DNA from: SAR202 cluster bacterium
GTDB taxonomy: Bacteria > Chloroflexota > Dehalococcoidia > Lucifugimonadales > VGZR01
NCBI GenBank assembly: GCA_016872515.1
Contig: VGZR01000001.1
Location: forward strand, 167,322-231,321
Direction of reading: 5' to 3'
DNA: 64,000 bases
Shown here: positions 48,576 through 56,812 of the stretch, one piece after another
Position numbering within the stretch: position 1 is the stretch's first letter
Layout: each line of letters starts with the position of its first letter
The notes under the pieces: model-generated
The model's input: the letters and a program-made list of their open reading frames with translations, nothing else
Told to the model about the DNA's origin: nothing
The model's database searches: none
Made by a program: the position numbers and the translations under genes

Positions 48576-48762
48576 ACCCCTCACGCTTTGGCCCCGCTTG
48601 TATCGGGCCAAAGGCCTCTCCCGCAAGGGGAGAGGAGGTGAATCCACCCCTACCCCTTTGGGCCGACCAAGTCGGCCCAAAGTTTCCTTCCCCTTCGCCC
48701 TGCTCAGGGTCAAGGACAGGCTCCCCCCCCTCAAGGGGGAGGAGGAAATCACACCTACCCCC
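48576..48762. repeat. mosaic repeat cluster (T-B-A', T-B, E, A, T)
   Basis: CCCCTCACG-CTTTGGCCCCG..CGGGCCAAAG-GCCTCTCCC-GCAA-GGGGAGAGGAGG. Then CCACCCCTACC-CCTTTGGGCCGAC-CAA-GTCGGCCCAAAG. Then ...GGACAGGCTCCCCCCCC-TCAA-GGGGGAGGAGG. Confidence 0.9.
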
Positions 48763-48792
48763 TGTTGAAGAGACTCGCGATGTTGAACAGCG

Positions 48793-50040
48793 TCAGAAGC
48801 CTTCGATGAGGGCGACGCGGAGGAGTTCGAGGGCGTCGAGGCTGATGCGTGTGCGGTCGGGCCTGCCGCGGCCCGCGGAGTTGTAGGAGCGGCGGTGGAA
48901 CTTGTGGCCGTCGGTGACGGAAATGTAGGTCTCGCCGCGGGCTAGGTTCTCGGAGGTGTCGGCGGGGTCGGCGAGGGCGTGGACGGCGAGGCCGAGGTTG
49001 GCGCCGGCCTGCTGGCGAACGGCGTAGGCGAGTTCGTCGGCGAGCTCGGCGTGGCGGTGCATCAGTTCCTCGGAGCGGTGGGGATGGCGTCCGTGGCCGA
49101 GGAGGCGCTTCGCGGTCGTGAGGCCGTTGCCGACGAGGCCCTCGACGAAGTGGGCCGGGCCGGCCTGCTCCAGGCGCTCGGCCAACATGCCGTAGGTGAG
49201 GTCTTCGTAGGAGGCGACTGTGAGGTCCTTCTGCCGGAGGAGCTTGCCGACGGCATCCTCCATGGTCTCGCTGTCGGCGGCGAAGACGTGGCGGCCCAGG
49301 AGGCGGCGAATCTCCAATTCGAGGGGTTCGATGAGGGTGTGGGCCTCGGCGGCGGTGGCGGCCTTGGCGGCGATGCGGACGTCCACCTGGCCGGGGGAGG
49401 CGAGGACGCCGACGGTGGGGTTCTTTGAAGAGGCGATGAGGTGGCCGATGCGGTGGTCAACGTTGCTCTCGCCAATCTCGGCGACCTTGAGGACGCGGTA
49501 GGTGATGACGTCGGAGATGCCGAAGCGCTTGCGGATGTAGGGGACCAGCTCGTTGTCGAAGAGCCACTTGAGCTCGAAGGGGACGCCTGGAAGGGCGAAG
49601 ACGGCGGACTTGTCGGTCTCGACGATGAAGGAGGGTGCGGTGCCGTTGGGGTTGGAGACGGGGATGGCGCCCTCGGGGATGTCGGCCTGGCGCTCGTTAT
49701 TGGGGGTCATGACGAAGCCGCGGCTGCGGAAGCGCTGGTCGAGCTCGGCGAGGAGTCGCGGGTCGCGGATGAGCTTGCGGCCGACGACCTGGGCGATGAT
49801 TTCGCGGGTGATGTCGGCCTGGGTGGGGCCGAGGCCGCCGCTGGTGATGACGAGGTCGGAGCGGGACATGGCGCGGGACAGCACCTCTTTCATGCGGATG
49901 GGGTTGTCGCCGACGATGGTCTTGAAGTAGAGGTTGACGCCGAGTTGGGCGAGGCGCTGGGACATCCAGGGGGAGTTGGTGTCCACAATCTGGCCCAGGA
50001 GGAGCTCGGAGCCGATGGCGACGATCTCGGCGTTAGGCAT
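48793..50040 (-). CDS. cinA: CinA-family competence/damage-inducible protein (MoCF-binding plus PncC-like domains)
   Basis: MPNAEIVAIGSELLLGQIVDTNS...VITSGGLGPTQADIT. ATG 50040 lies within ORF 48793-50121. Confidence 0.85.
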   Translation of the reverse strand: MPNAEIVAIGSELLLGQIVDTNSPWMSQRLAQLGVNLYFKTIVGDNPIRMKEVLSRAMSRSDLVITSGGLGPTQADITREIIAQVVGRKLIRDPRLLAELDQRFRSRGFVMTPNNERQADIPEGAIPVSNPNGTAPSFIVETDKSAVFALPGVPFELKWLFDNELVPYIRKRFGISDVITYRVLKVAEIGESNVDHRIGHLIASSKNPTVGVLASPGQVDVRIAAKAATAAEAHTLIEPLELEIRRLLGRHVFAADSETMEDAVGKLLRQKDLTVASYEDLTYGMLAERLEQAGPAHFVEGLVGNGLTTAKRLLGHGRHPHRSEELMHRHAELADELAYAVRQQAGANLGLAVHALADPADTSENLARGETYISVTDGHKFHRRSYNSAGRGRPDRTRISLDALELLRVALIEGF

Positions 50041-50083
50041 AGGGAAACCCCGGAGAGAAAGCCATCCAATGCTCTGGGGTGAT

Positions 50084-50152
50084 GTACCCCCTACCTCTAT
50101 GGGCCGACCTAGTCGGCCCATAGGTCCTCCCCCTCAGGGGGGGAGGAGGAAA
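50084..50152. repeat. mosaic repeat, T-B-A unit
   Basis: TACCCCCTACC-TCTATGGGCCGAC-CTA-GTCGGCCCATAG-GTCCTCCCCC-TCA-GGGGGGGAGGAGG. Confidence 0.9.
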
Positions 50153-50180
50153 GCCACTCCTTCCCCAGTAACTCTGTAGC

Positions 50181-51275
50181 TTAGCCATATTTCTCGCGGA
50201 GGAGTTTAGCACCTTGGCACATGGCTTTGAGTTTGAGGTAGGCCTCATCGAGGTCCATGGGGTTGATGCTGGATGGGGAGAAGCCGCAGTCGGGGTTGAG
50301 GGTGATGCGGGTCTTGGGGAGCATGTCGAGGACGGCTTCGACGCGGGCGACGACCTTTTCGGGGGTCTCGACGTTTTTGTCGGTGTGGTCTATGACGCCG
50401 AGGCCGAGGGTCTTGTTCTTGGGGAAGCGTGTGAGGACGCCGATGCCGCCGGCGTCGGGAGTGGCGAACTCCATGGCGAAGCGGTGGACCTTCATGGGGG
50501 CGAGGGCGTCCATGATGAGGTCGTAGGAACCTTTGGTGCCGTGCTTGCGGTTGAAGTGAGCGTGGCAGAGGTGGACGCTGAAGTTGACGCCCTCGATGCC
50601 CTGGGTGACGCCGTTGACGCACTTGACGGACATCTCCTTCTCGTGGTCCACGTCGGCGATGTTCTCGCGCTTTCGGTAGTCGGGGTCAACGAGGAGGGCG
50701 AGCCAGGGGTCGTCGAGCTGGATGGCCTCGACGCCGAGGCGGACGAGGCGCTGTACTTCGCTACGGACGATGGGGATGCAGGCCTCCATGAAGTCTTCGC
50801 GGGTGGGGTAGGCCTTGGTGGAGTGCTGTGCGGTCCACATGCGGCGGCCGATGGTGTAGGGGGAGGGGATGGCGACGATGGCCTTGGCGGTGGTGTGTTT
50901 CTTGAGGAAGCGGGCTTCGTCCGCGGCGATTGGGCGGCGGGAAGCCATCTTGGAGACGACGGCGGGATAGGGGATGCTGGAGGCGGCCTGGGTGCCGGGC
51001 TCGATGTGGGTGTCGTAGGCGAAGCCTTCGACGGCGTCGGCGAAGACCTTGACGTAGCTTTCGCGGCGCCATTCGCCGTCGGAGACGTAGTCGAGGCCCG
51101 CGCGCTCCTGGAGGGAGATTGCGGACGGGACGGCGGCGTCGAGGAGGCTGTCGGCGTGGTGCCAGGAGAGGCGGCCTTGCTTGCGATCCTCGATGAGGTC
51201 GCGGACCCACTGGGGGCGCGGCAGGCTGCCGACGACGAAGGTGGAGAAGAGTTGGTTGCGCGATGACTTGGTCAT
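50181..51275 (-). CDS. cobalamin-independent methionine synthase (MetE C-terminal domain)-like protein
   Basis: FVVGSLPRPQW...DYVSDGEWRRESY...IQLDDPWL...HLCHAHF. 364 aa. Confidence 0.75.
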   Translation of the reverse strand: MTKSSRNQLFSTFVVGSLPRPQWVRDLIEDRKQGRLSWHHADSLLDAAVPSAISLQERAGLDYVSDGEWRRESYVKVFADAVEGFAYDTHIEPGTQAASSIPYPAVVSKMASRRPIAADEARFLKKHTTAKAIVAIPSPYTIGRRMWTAQHSTKAYPTREDFMEACIPIVRSEVQRLVRLGVEAIQLDDPWLALLVDPDYRKRENIADVDHEKEMSVKCVNGVTQGIEGVNFSVHLCHAHFNRKHGTKGSYDLIMDALAPMKVHRFAMEFATPDAGGIGVLTRFPKNKTLGLGVIDHTDKNVETPEKVVARVEAVLDMLPKTRITLNPDCGFSPSSINPMDLDEAYLKLKAMCQGAKLLREKYG

Positions 51276-51290
51276 TGCTCCTTCCTTTCT

Positions 51291-51446
51291 TTACCCCTCA
51301 CCCGCTGACCCTTCCTCGAGGAAGGGTCAGCGACCTCTCCCACAAGGGGAAGGGGACGGTTTTACCCCATCCTTCATACCTCTCACCCTTTGGCCCCGAC
51401 CCGGTCGGGGCCAAAGGCCTCTCCCGCAAGGGAAGAGGAGGATACC
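51291..51446. repeat. mosaic repeat, two tandem T-B-A' units
   Basis: TTACCCCTCACCC-GCTGACCCTTCC-TCGA-GGAAGGGTCAGC-GACCTCTCCC-ACAA-GGGGAAGGGG. Then CTCTCACC-CTTTGGCCCCGAC-CC-GGTCGGGGCCAAAG-GCCTCTCCC-GCAA-GGGAAGAGGAGG. Confidence 0.9.
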
Positions 51447-51465
51447 GTGCCCCTCCCTCAAGTGG

Positions 51466-53163
51466 CTACAGCGGTTGGGCGGCGGAGCCTTTCCAGCGTG
51501 CGATGGCGGCCTCGGCACGGGGGCTGCGTGCCCGCTGCACTTCGACGTTGACGACCGCAGGACGGTTGAGATGGAAGGCGCGTTCGAGGGCGCCGGGGAG
51601 GTCTTCGGGGGACTGGATGTTCTCGCCGTGGGCGCCGAGGCCCTTTGCGACGATGTCGTAGCGGCTGGGGAGGAGGTCGGAGGCGGTGGTGCGGCCGTAG
51701 ATGCCAAGCTGGATCTGGCGGTCTATGCCCCAGGCGGAGTCGTTGCCGACGAGGGCGACGATGGGGAGGCTGTGACGGACGGCGGTGTCCATCTCCATAG
51801 CATGGAAGCCGAAGGCGCCGTCGCCGGTGACGAGGACGGTGCGGTGTTCGGGCCGGGCGAGCTTTGCGGCGAGGGCGGTGCCCATGGACTGGCCGAGCAT
51901 GCCGAAGGGGGAGAAGTACCACCAGCGGCGGGGGCCGCGTGCGGGGAGGGCGGCGCGGCCGAAGTGGCAGAAGTCGCCGCCGTCGAAGACGAGGGTGTCT
52001 TCGGGCGAGAGCATGGGAGCGAGGGTCTTGAAGACCCAGGCGGCATGCATGGGGGTCTCGGGCTTTGCGAGAGCATCGAACCACTCGGCTTGGGCCTGGC
52101 GCTCGGCCTTGAGGCGCTGGAGCCAGGGCTTGCGGGCGGGCCATGCGCGTTCGGCGGCCTCAGCCTGGAGCTGGTCGAGGGCGGCGGCGATGTCGGCGGC
52201 CATGCCGACGGCGACAGCGCGGTTGCGGCCTATCTCGGCAGGCGAGGGGTCAACCTGGATGAGCTTGGCGTCGCTGTGGATGGCGGGGTGCGCGGCGTAG
52301 CCGAGGATGAGGTCGTGCTTGCGGCCGAGGAGGAGGACGGTGTCGGCCTCTTTGAGCAGGCGGGCGGCGCGGTTGAGGCCGGCGTCGTAGAAGCCCATGC
52401 AGAGGGGGTGATCGTCGGCGACGAGGCCGCGGGCGTCGGCCTCGGTGAGGAGCGGGGTCTGGGTGGTCTCGATGAAGCGCTGGAGGGAGGCGCCGCCGTC
52501 GAAGTAGGCGGCGGGGCTGCCCGCGATAATGAGTGGGCGCTCGGCCTTGTGAAGCAGTTCGACGGCTTGCCGCACCCGCTCGACGGGCGCGGGGGTGGGC
52601 AGGAGGCTGGCGTGGACACTGCCATCGAGGAAGGCGACCTCGTCTTCGGCGATAACCTGCTCCTGGATGTCCACGGGGACGGTGAGGTGGACGGGGCCGC
52701 GACGGCCCGTGTAGGCGGTGCGAAGGGCGAGGGCGACGGCGTCGGGGATGTGGCGGGCGTCGGTGACCATCCAGGCGCCCTTGGTGACGGGCTTGGCCAT
52801 GCCGACCTGGTCAATCTCCTGCATGGCGCCCCGGCCCAGCTCGGAGAGGGGGGCGCAGCCGCTGATGGAGAGGACGGGGCTTTCGGAGTGGAGCGCGGTG
52901 GCGAGGCCGGGGATGGCGTTGGCGAAGCCGGGGGTGGTGTAGCTAGCGACGCCGGGCTGTCCGGTGATGCGGCCCCAGACGTCGGCCATGTGGACGGCGG
53001 TGGCCTCTTGGCGGACGTCAATCAGGCGGATATCGAGGCCGTTGAGGGCGTCGAGGAGGGGCAGGTTGTGGTCGCCGACGAGGGTGAAGAGGTAGCGCAC
53101 GCCTTCCTGCAACAGCACCCTGGCGAGGATGTGGCTTCCGGTGGTCTTGGCGGTCTTGGGCAT
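51466..53163 (-). CDS. thiamine-diphosphate-dependent enzyme (acetolactate-synthase large-subunit-like)
   Basis: ATG 53163. GSHILARVLLQEGVRYLFTLVGDHNLPLLDAL. ThDP motif GDGAFGFHAMEMDTAVRHSLPIVALVGNDSAWG. Confidence 0.85.
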   Translation of the reverse strand: MPKTAKTTGSHILARVLLQEGVRYLFTLVGDHNLPLLDALNGLDIRLIDVRQEATAVHMADVWGRITGQPGVASYTTPGFANAIPGLATALHSESPVLSISGCAPLSELGRGAMQEIDQVGMAKPVTKGAWMVTDARHIPDAVALALRTAYTGRRGPVHLTVPVDIQEQVIAEDEVAFLDGSVHASLLPTPAPVERVRQAVELLHKAERPLIIAGSPAAYFDGGASLQRFIETTQTPLLTEADARGLVADDHPLCMGFYDAGLNRAARLLKEADTVLLLGRKHDLILGYAAHPAIHSDAKLIQVDPSPAEIGRNRAVAVGMAADIAAALDQLQAEAAERAWPARKPWLQRLKAERQAQAEWFDALAKPETPMHAAWVFKTLAPMLSPEDTLVFDGGDFCHFGRAALPARGPRRWWYFSPFGMLGQSMGTALAAKLARPEHRTVLVTGDGAFGFHAMEMDTAVRHSLPIVALVGNDSAWGIDRQIQLGIYGRTTASDLLPSRYDIVAKGLGAHGENIQSPEDLPGALERAFHLNRPAVVNVEVQRARSPRAEAAIARWKGSAAQPL

Positions 53164-53177
53164 GGGCCTTCTGGCGT

Positions 53178-53297
53178 TCCTCACCCTTTGACGTTCGGCG
53201 AGGCTATGCTCCACCCCCACCTCTTCAGCCCCGCTGCCAGCAGGGCTGAAGGTCCCCCCCCGCCTCAAGGGGGAGGAGGGGGAAACGCCCCACCCCC
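53178..53297. repeat. mosaic repeat cluster in the 5' leader of the ThDP-enzyme gene
   Basis: TTCCTCACCC..., then CTCCACCCCCACC-TCTTCAGCCC..GGGCTGAAGG-TCCCCCCCCGCC-TCAA-GGGGGAGGAGGGGG...CCCCACCCCC. Confidence 0.85.
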
Positions 53298-53357
53298 AAT
53301 CGCATAGGAACTTCTGCCGCGACGAGAGAGGGAACACATCAACTCCGACGCGTCCCA

Positions 53358-53385
53358 ATTGTAGGGGTGGACGGGAAGGTGTCAA
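53358..53385 (-). promoter_or_regulatory. consensus-like promoter cassette, copy 1 (drives the ThDP-enzyme gene)
   Basis: Minus strand reads TTGACA (53385-53380), 16 nt spacer, TACAAT (53363-53358). About 45 nt are shared with copy 2 at 55241-55290. Confidence 0.6.
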
Positions 53386-53435
53386 GGATGGGATGGCTGG
53401 TGGGCGATTCGCTGGCAGGCCGGAGTTTGATGATA

Positions 53436-55227
53436 CTACCTAAGGCGGTGTTTCGGTCGAGACACGCGGTAAGCGATGAACGCGGCGAAAGCCAAGCTGG
53501 GTCCGAGGAGCGCCCATGCACCCGACGTGGGAACCGGTGGTGGAGCAGGGCCCGAAGTCACAAGGAAAGAGTAGCTGTAAGTCGTCTGGTTACCAGCCTC
53601 ATCCTGTGCCATGAAGCTGAGGGTATGGCTTCCCGGTGAAAGACCGGATAAGGTGTGCCTATAGATGACGCCGTCTGTTGAGGTCAAGGCGCCTGTTATG
53701 TCGTTTCCGTCCAGGGTGACCGAGAGCGCGGTAACCGTTCCATGGGTATCGTAGTCGGTCACGACATTGCCAGGAACAGTAGTATGCACGCCAGAACTAT
53801 CTAACCCATACTCAAGCCCTTCATTGGAGAAATCCACGGTGGTGGTTGCCATACCAGCGGTAGTGGTGACCGTGAATGTTGGGGCTGGTAGGCCCGTGTC
53901 AACCTCGAAGAGGACGGCCTAGGTCAGGTCGAGCGCAGTGCTGGTGGAGATTGCGAGCCCGGCCTTGCCGATGTTGATAGCGCTATTGAGGTCAGTTGCC
54001 TGAGCATTGACGTTGTACAAGCCAGAAGCCGTTGGAGTGCTTGTGGCGAGGAAGACTTTCGGGCCCCCGGTCAGGGACAGGAACGTTGTGGACGTGGAGA
54101 AATTACGGGTGTTGTCCAAGACCTGTACTACCCCAAGAGAGACCGTACCGGAGGCAACATTCTCGTCGGCCTTCAGCCTGATGGGCACCGAGCCGTTCGT
54201 TACAGGTGCGGATGCTGGAACCTACGGCACGGGTCAGCCCTGGCGCGATGCCGTCGGTGGACGGGTCTTTCGCGTGTGGGGTGAACAACTCGTTGCCGAT
54301 GAGGTCTTTGACGATGGCGAGCGCGCCGATGCCTACCACTTCAACCTTTGGTCTTGCATCTGGGACCAGCGCTGCTACGGTGAGGAACACGGACTGGGGT
54401 CTGCCTGGAAAGTGTTCAGCCGCCGAGGGGACGACGCCCGCGACGCGGAAGTCTGTGGGGGCGACTGTAGTGCCATCTATCGCTTCGTTGAAATCAACGC
54501 GGATGCTTGTGCCCTTCGCTTTAGCGGGGTCAAACTCGGTCTTGTCATCAGTTGTCTTGGAGGTGTCCCACCACGTGCCGGTCGTCGCGGCCGCGAGAAA
54601 GGGCCCTGAACGGTCAATGACGATGGCGTGAGGTTGGCAGCCGAGCACGCTGGCGGAGTTGGACGGGACCATGCCTATGAGTGAAGTGGCCACGAACGAG
54701 ACTGCGTCGCAAGGGTTGGCAGCACCGGAGATGGTTGGCTCCCGGTCGGCGACGCCGATGTTCCCCGCGAGGTCGGTGGCCTTGAACCACCAGTACACGA
54801 TCTGGTCAGTAGTCAAAGTGGGGCCGAACCGTTGGCGGATGTTGTAGCCGTTGGTGATAGCAGTGATATCGGCGGCAGCTACATTCTCAATGGTTACCTG
54901 GTCGATGTCGCCGTCAAAATCTACATCTCGGCCCCACAGCACCGTGATGTTGGAGCTGTAAATGCCGGAGTCGATGTCTGTCATGTCGGCCTGCACCGTG
55001 GGTTGAAGTACAGTGGAGCGGGTGTTGTGGGCCGGGCTGAAGTTGGAGATAGTTGGCGCCAACGTCTCAGCAGCGAAGACCTCGTGGGAGATTAATGGTG
55101 CGGTGGCAACAATGAGAACACCAACAAGAGATCCAAGAAGTCCCAGGCGCTCGCTTCTATGCGACGGGCCATGCGCGCGAGGGGCGCGGATGCGCCATCC
55201 ACCTTTGGAGGCGGTTAACCTTGGCAT
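53436..55227 (-). pseudogene. cell-surface protein S2 (SbsA-type Ig-like domains, C-terminal PAPPPVP..GAWAL-TM-basic tail), disrupted by one frameshift and one in-frame TAG
   Basis: ATG 55227 with signal peptide (LGLLGSLVGVLIVATAPLISHEVFA). ORFs 54103-55350, 53919-54188 and 53436-53852 are collinear pieces. ORFs 53919-54188 and 53436-53852 share one frame separated only by TAG 53919-53921. The frame changes between 54106 and 54221. ATDLAGN and AQDEAGN motifs. Confidence 0.55.
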
Positions 55228-55250
55228 GGGACTCCCCAACCGACGCCCCA

Positions 55251-55278
55251 ATTGTAGGGATGGGCAGGGAGGTGTCAA
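55251..55278 (-). promoter_or_regulatory. consensus-like promoter cassette, copy 2 (drives surface protein S2)
   Basis: Minus strand reads TTGACA (55278-55273), 16 nt spacer, TACAAT (55256-55251). The GGGGAG SD and ATG 55227 follow about 24 nt downstream. Confidence 0.6.
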
Positions 55279-56645
55279 GGACGGGGTATACGTGTCATCC
55301 GCCGGAGGGCGAGCGTGGAAAAGAGGATGCCCAGGACAGCTAACGCCCAACTGCCGAGGAATGGCACAGGAGGGGGAGCAGGGGCAGGTAGTCCCTGCTT
55401 GTAGGTGAGGGTGAAGTGAGTGCCGTCGTTGCCGCCGAGGACGCCGTCGCCATGGTCGGTGAGGCAGCGGATGGTGATGATGCCGTTGGCGCCATCAACA
55501 CTTTCGACCTGCAAAGTAGAGGAACTGGAAATCACATCTTGGTAACTGACTACTCCATCGCTGTTTCTGTCCAGGATTGGGGGTGTGACTGGCGTGGATG
55601 AGGTGACGACCGCGCCGGTGGATGGGGTGTATCGGTCTATCCTTATACTGGAATTGGTAGAGCATTCAGCGTAGGCGTTGAGGACGATTTCTATGCTGGG
55701 AACGGGTGTGATGTTGGTGTGGGTGTTGGCGTTGCTGTTGGGCTAGCGGAAGGATTAACGAGGATAGTCGCGGTTCGAGTGATGGGAGCGGCTGAAGAGC
55801 CGTCTACGTAGGAAAGTGTCACGGCATCGACAGAGTTGACCCTGAGGTCGCCTGCTGACCAAGTGCCGTTCGCAGTTAGGGTAATGTCCGGCGGGGTCGT
55901 CGTCGTTTCGCTGATGCTGCAGAAGAACGAGGAGACGAGGCAGCGAAAGGTGCTGGTAGTGGACGCGCTTGAGTTGAGGAACACAGCGCCTCGAAACACG
56001 CCACTGTTCGCCGTCGTTTTTTCGTGACGGACAAGGACACCCGTTGGGTCTGCGTCGCTGACGACTTTGACTGAACCCAGCCCTGTGACCGCGGCTGAGG
56101 TGTCCACTACACCTTTCCGATAGCTCAAATGGATGGTGTCACCATCTGCCGTTAGGTGGTTCTTGTCGTCGGTGCCATGGGTACCGAGGCAACGGATCGT
56201 CATAACTCCATTCGTGCCATCGACCGAGAGGATGGCTAGCCCCAGGGCGGCCAAGTCCTCGGTGGCGACTACGTCGTTATGGCTAGTAATCCCATCCTCA
56301 TTTCGGTCCACGATTGGTGGGCTGACGGGGGCGCTGGAAGTTGCGAAGGACACACCGCTGGCGGTACTGGTGATGCCGGTAAACCTATCCACGGTGACGT
56401 TTTCGTTGGAGCCGCATTCGAGGTAAACGAGTATCGAGGTGTCCTCCGCTACATTCAAATCAGCGTCGGTCGCTTCGAGCACGAGTCGGCCCCCCTGCAC
56501 AGCCGCAGAAAGGGTCTGCGATGGGTCATCGGGGTTTGGGGAAGCGCAACACTGCATTGGCGCTGAACGCCGTGCGAACTGCGAAAAGCCCTAGGGCAAA
56601 GCAAGCGCTGAGCACTATGGCCAGGAGGACCGTCCGTCTGCTCAT
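55275..56645 (-). pseudogene. cell-surface protein S1 (two copies of an about 105 aa domain, same C-terminal tail as S2), disrupted by two frameshifts
   Basis: ATG 56645 with signal peptide MSRRTVLLAIVLSACFALGLFAVRTAFSANA. The frame changes within 56529-56590 and again within 55694-55742. The tail is PAPAPPPVPFLGSWALAVLGILFSTLALRRMTR. Confidence 0.5.
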
Positions 56646-56673
56646 GGTGGCCTCTCTTGGAGATGCCTGTCGG

Positions 56674-56702
56674 AGAGTACAAGGCTCAGAGGGGTACGTC
56701 AA
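56674..56702 (-). promoter_or_regulatory. promoter candidate for surface protein S1
   Basis: Minus strand reads TTGACG, 17 nt spacer, TACTCT. The -10 box ends 29 nt upstream of ATG 56645. Confidence 0.4.
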
Positions 56703-56812
56703 CTTAGACCGCAAGTCGCAATCTAGGGAGTGCCTGGGAGGCATGGATTGTGGTCGCACGGACGTGTTGGTATACTCGGCCAGCGGCGGCTGTATGGCCG
56801 TGAGGAGGGTGT

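Noticed and set aside
41343-51661. ORFs whose products are translations of the repeat clusters: 41343-41543, 41368-41553, 45296-45616, 45617-45913, 45643-45861, 48464-48886, 48519-48752 and 51263-51661.
   Set aside because: Their sequences (..PLKGGGG.., ..SPARGEE.., ..FGPTRSAQS..) are the T/B/A modules read in different frames. They have no SD or start context and their boundaries follow the repeats, not genes.
53919-55745. TAG reassignment or read-through as an explanation for the in-frame TAGs in the surface-protein genes (53919, 54222, 55691, 55743).
   Set aside because: TAG terminates many conserved genes in the window at their expected ends, including actA, rpsL, rplO and actB1. The surface genes also need true frameshifts, which recoding would not repair.
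54106-56590. Programmed ribosomal frameshifting in the surface-protein genes.
   Set aside because: No slippery heptamer (X XXY YYZ) or downstream pseudoknot-like element was seen in the shift intervals. The shifts are in different directions, and one interval contains homopolymer runs typical of indel errors.
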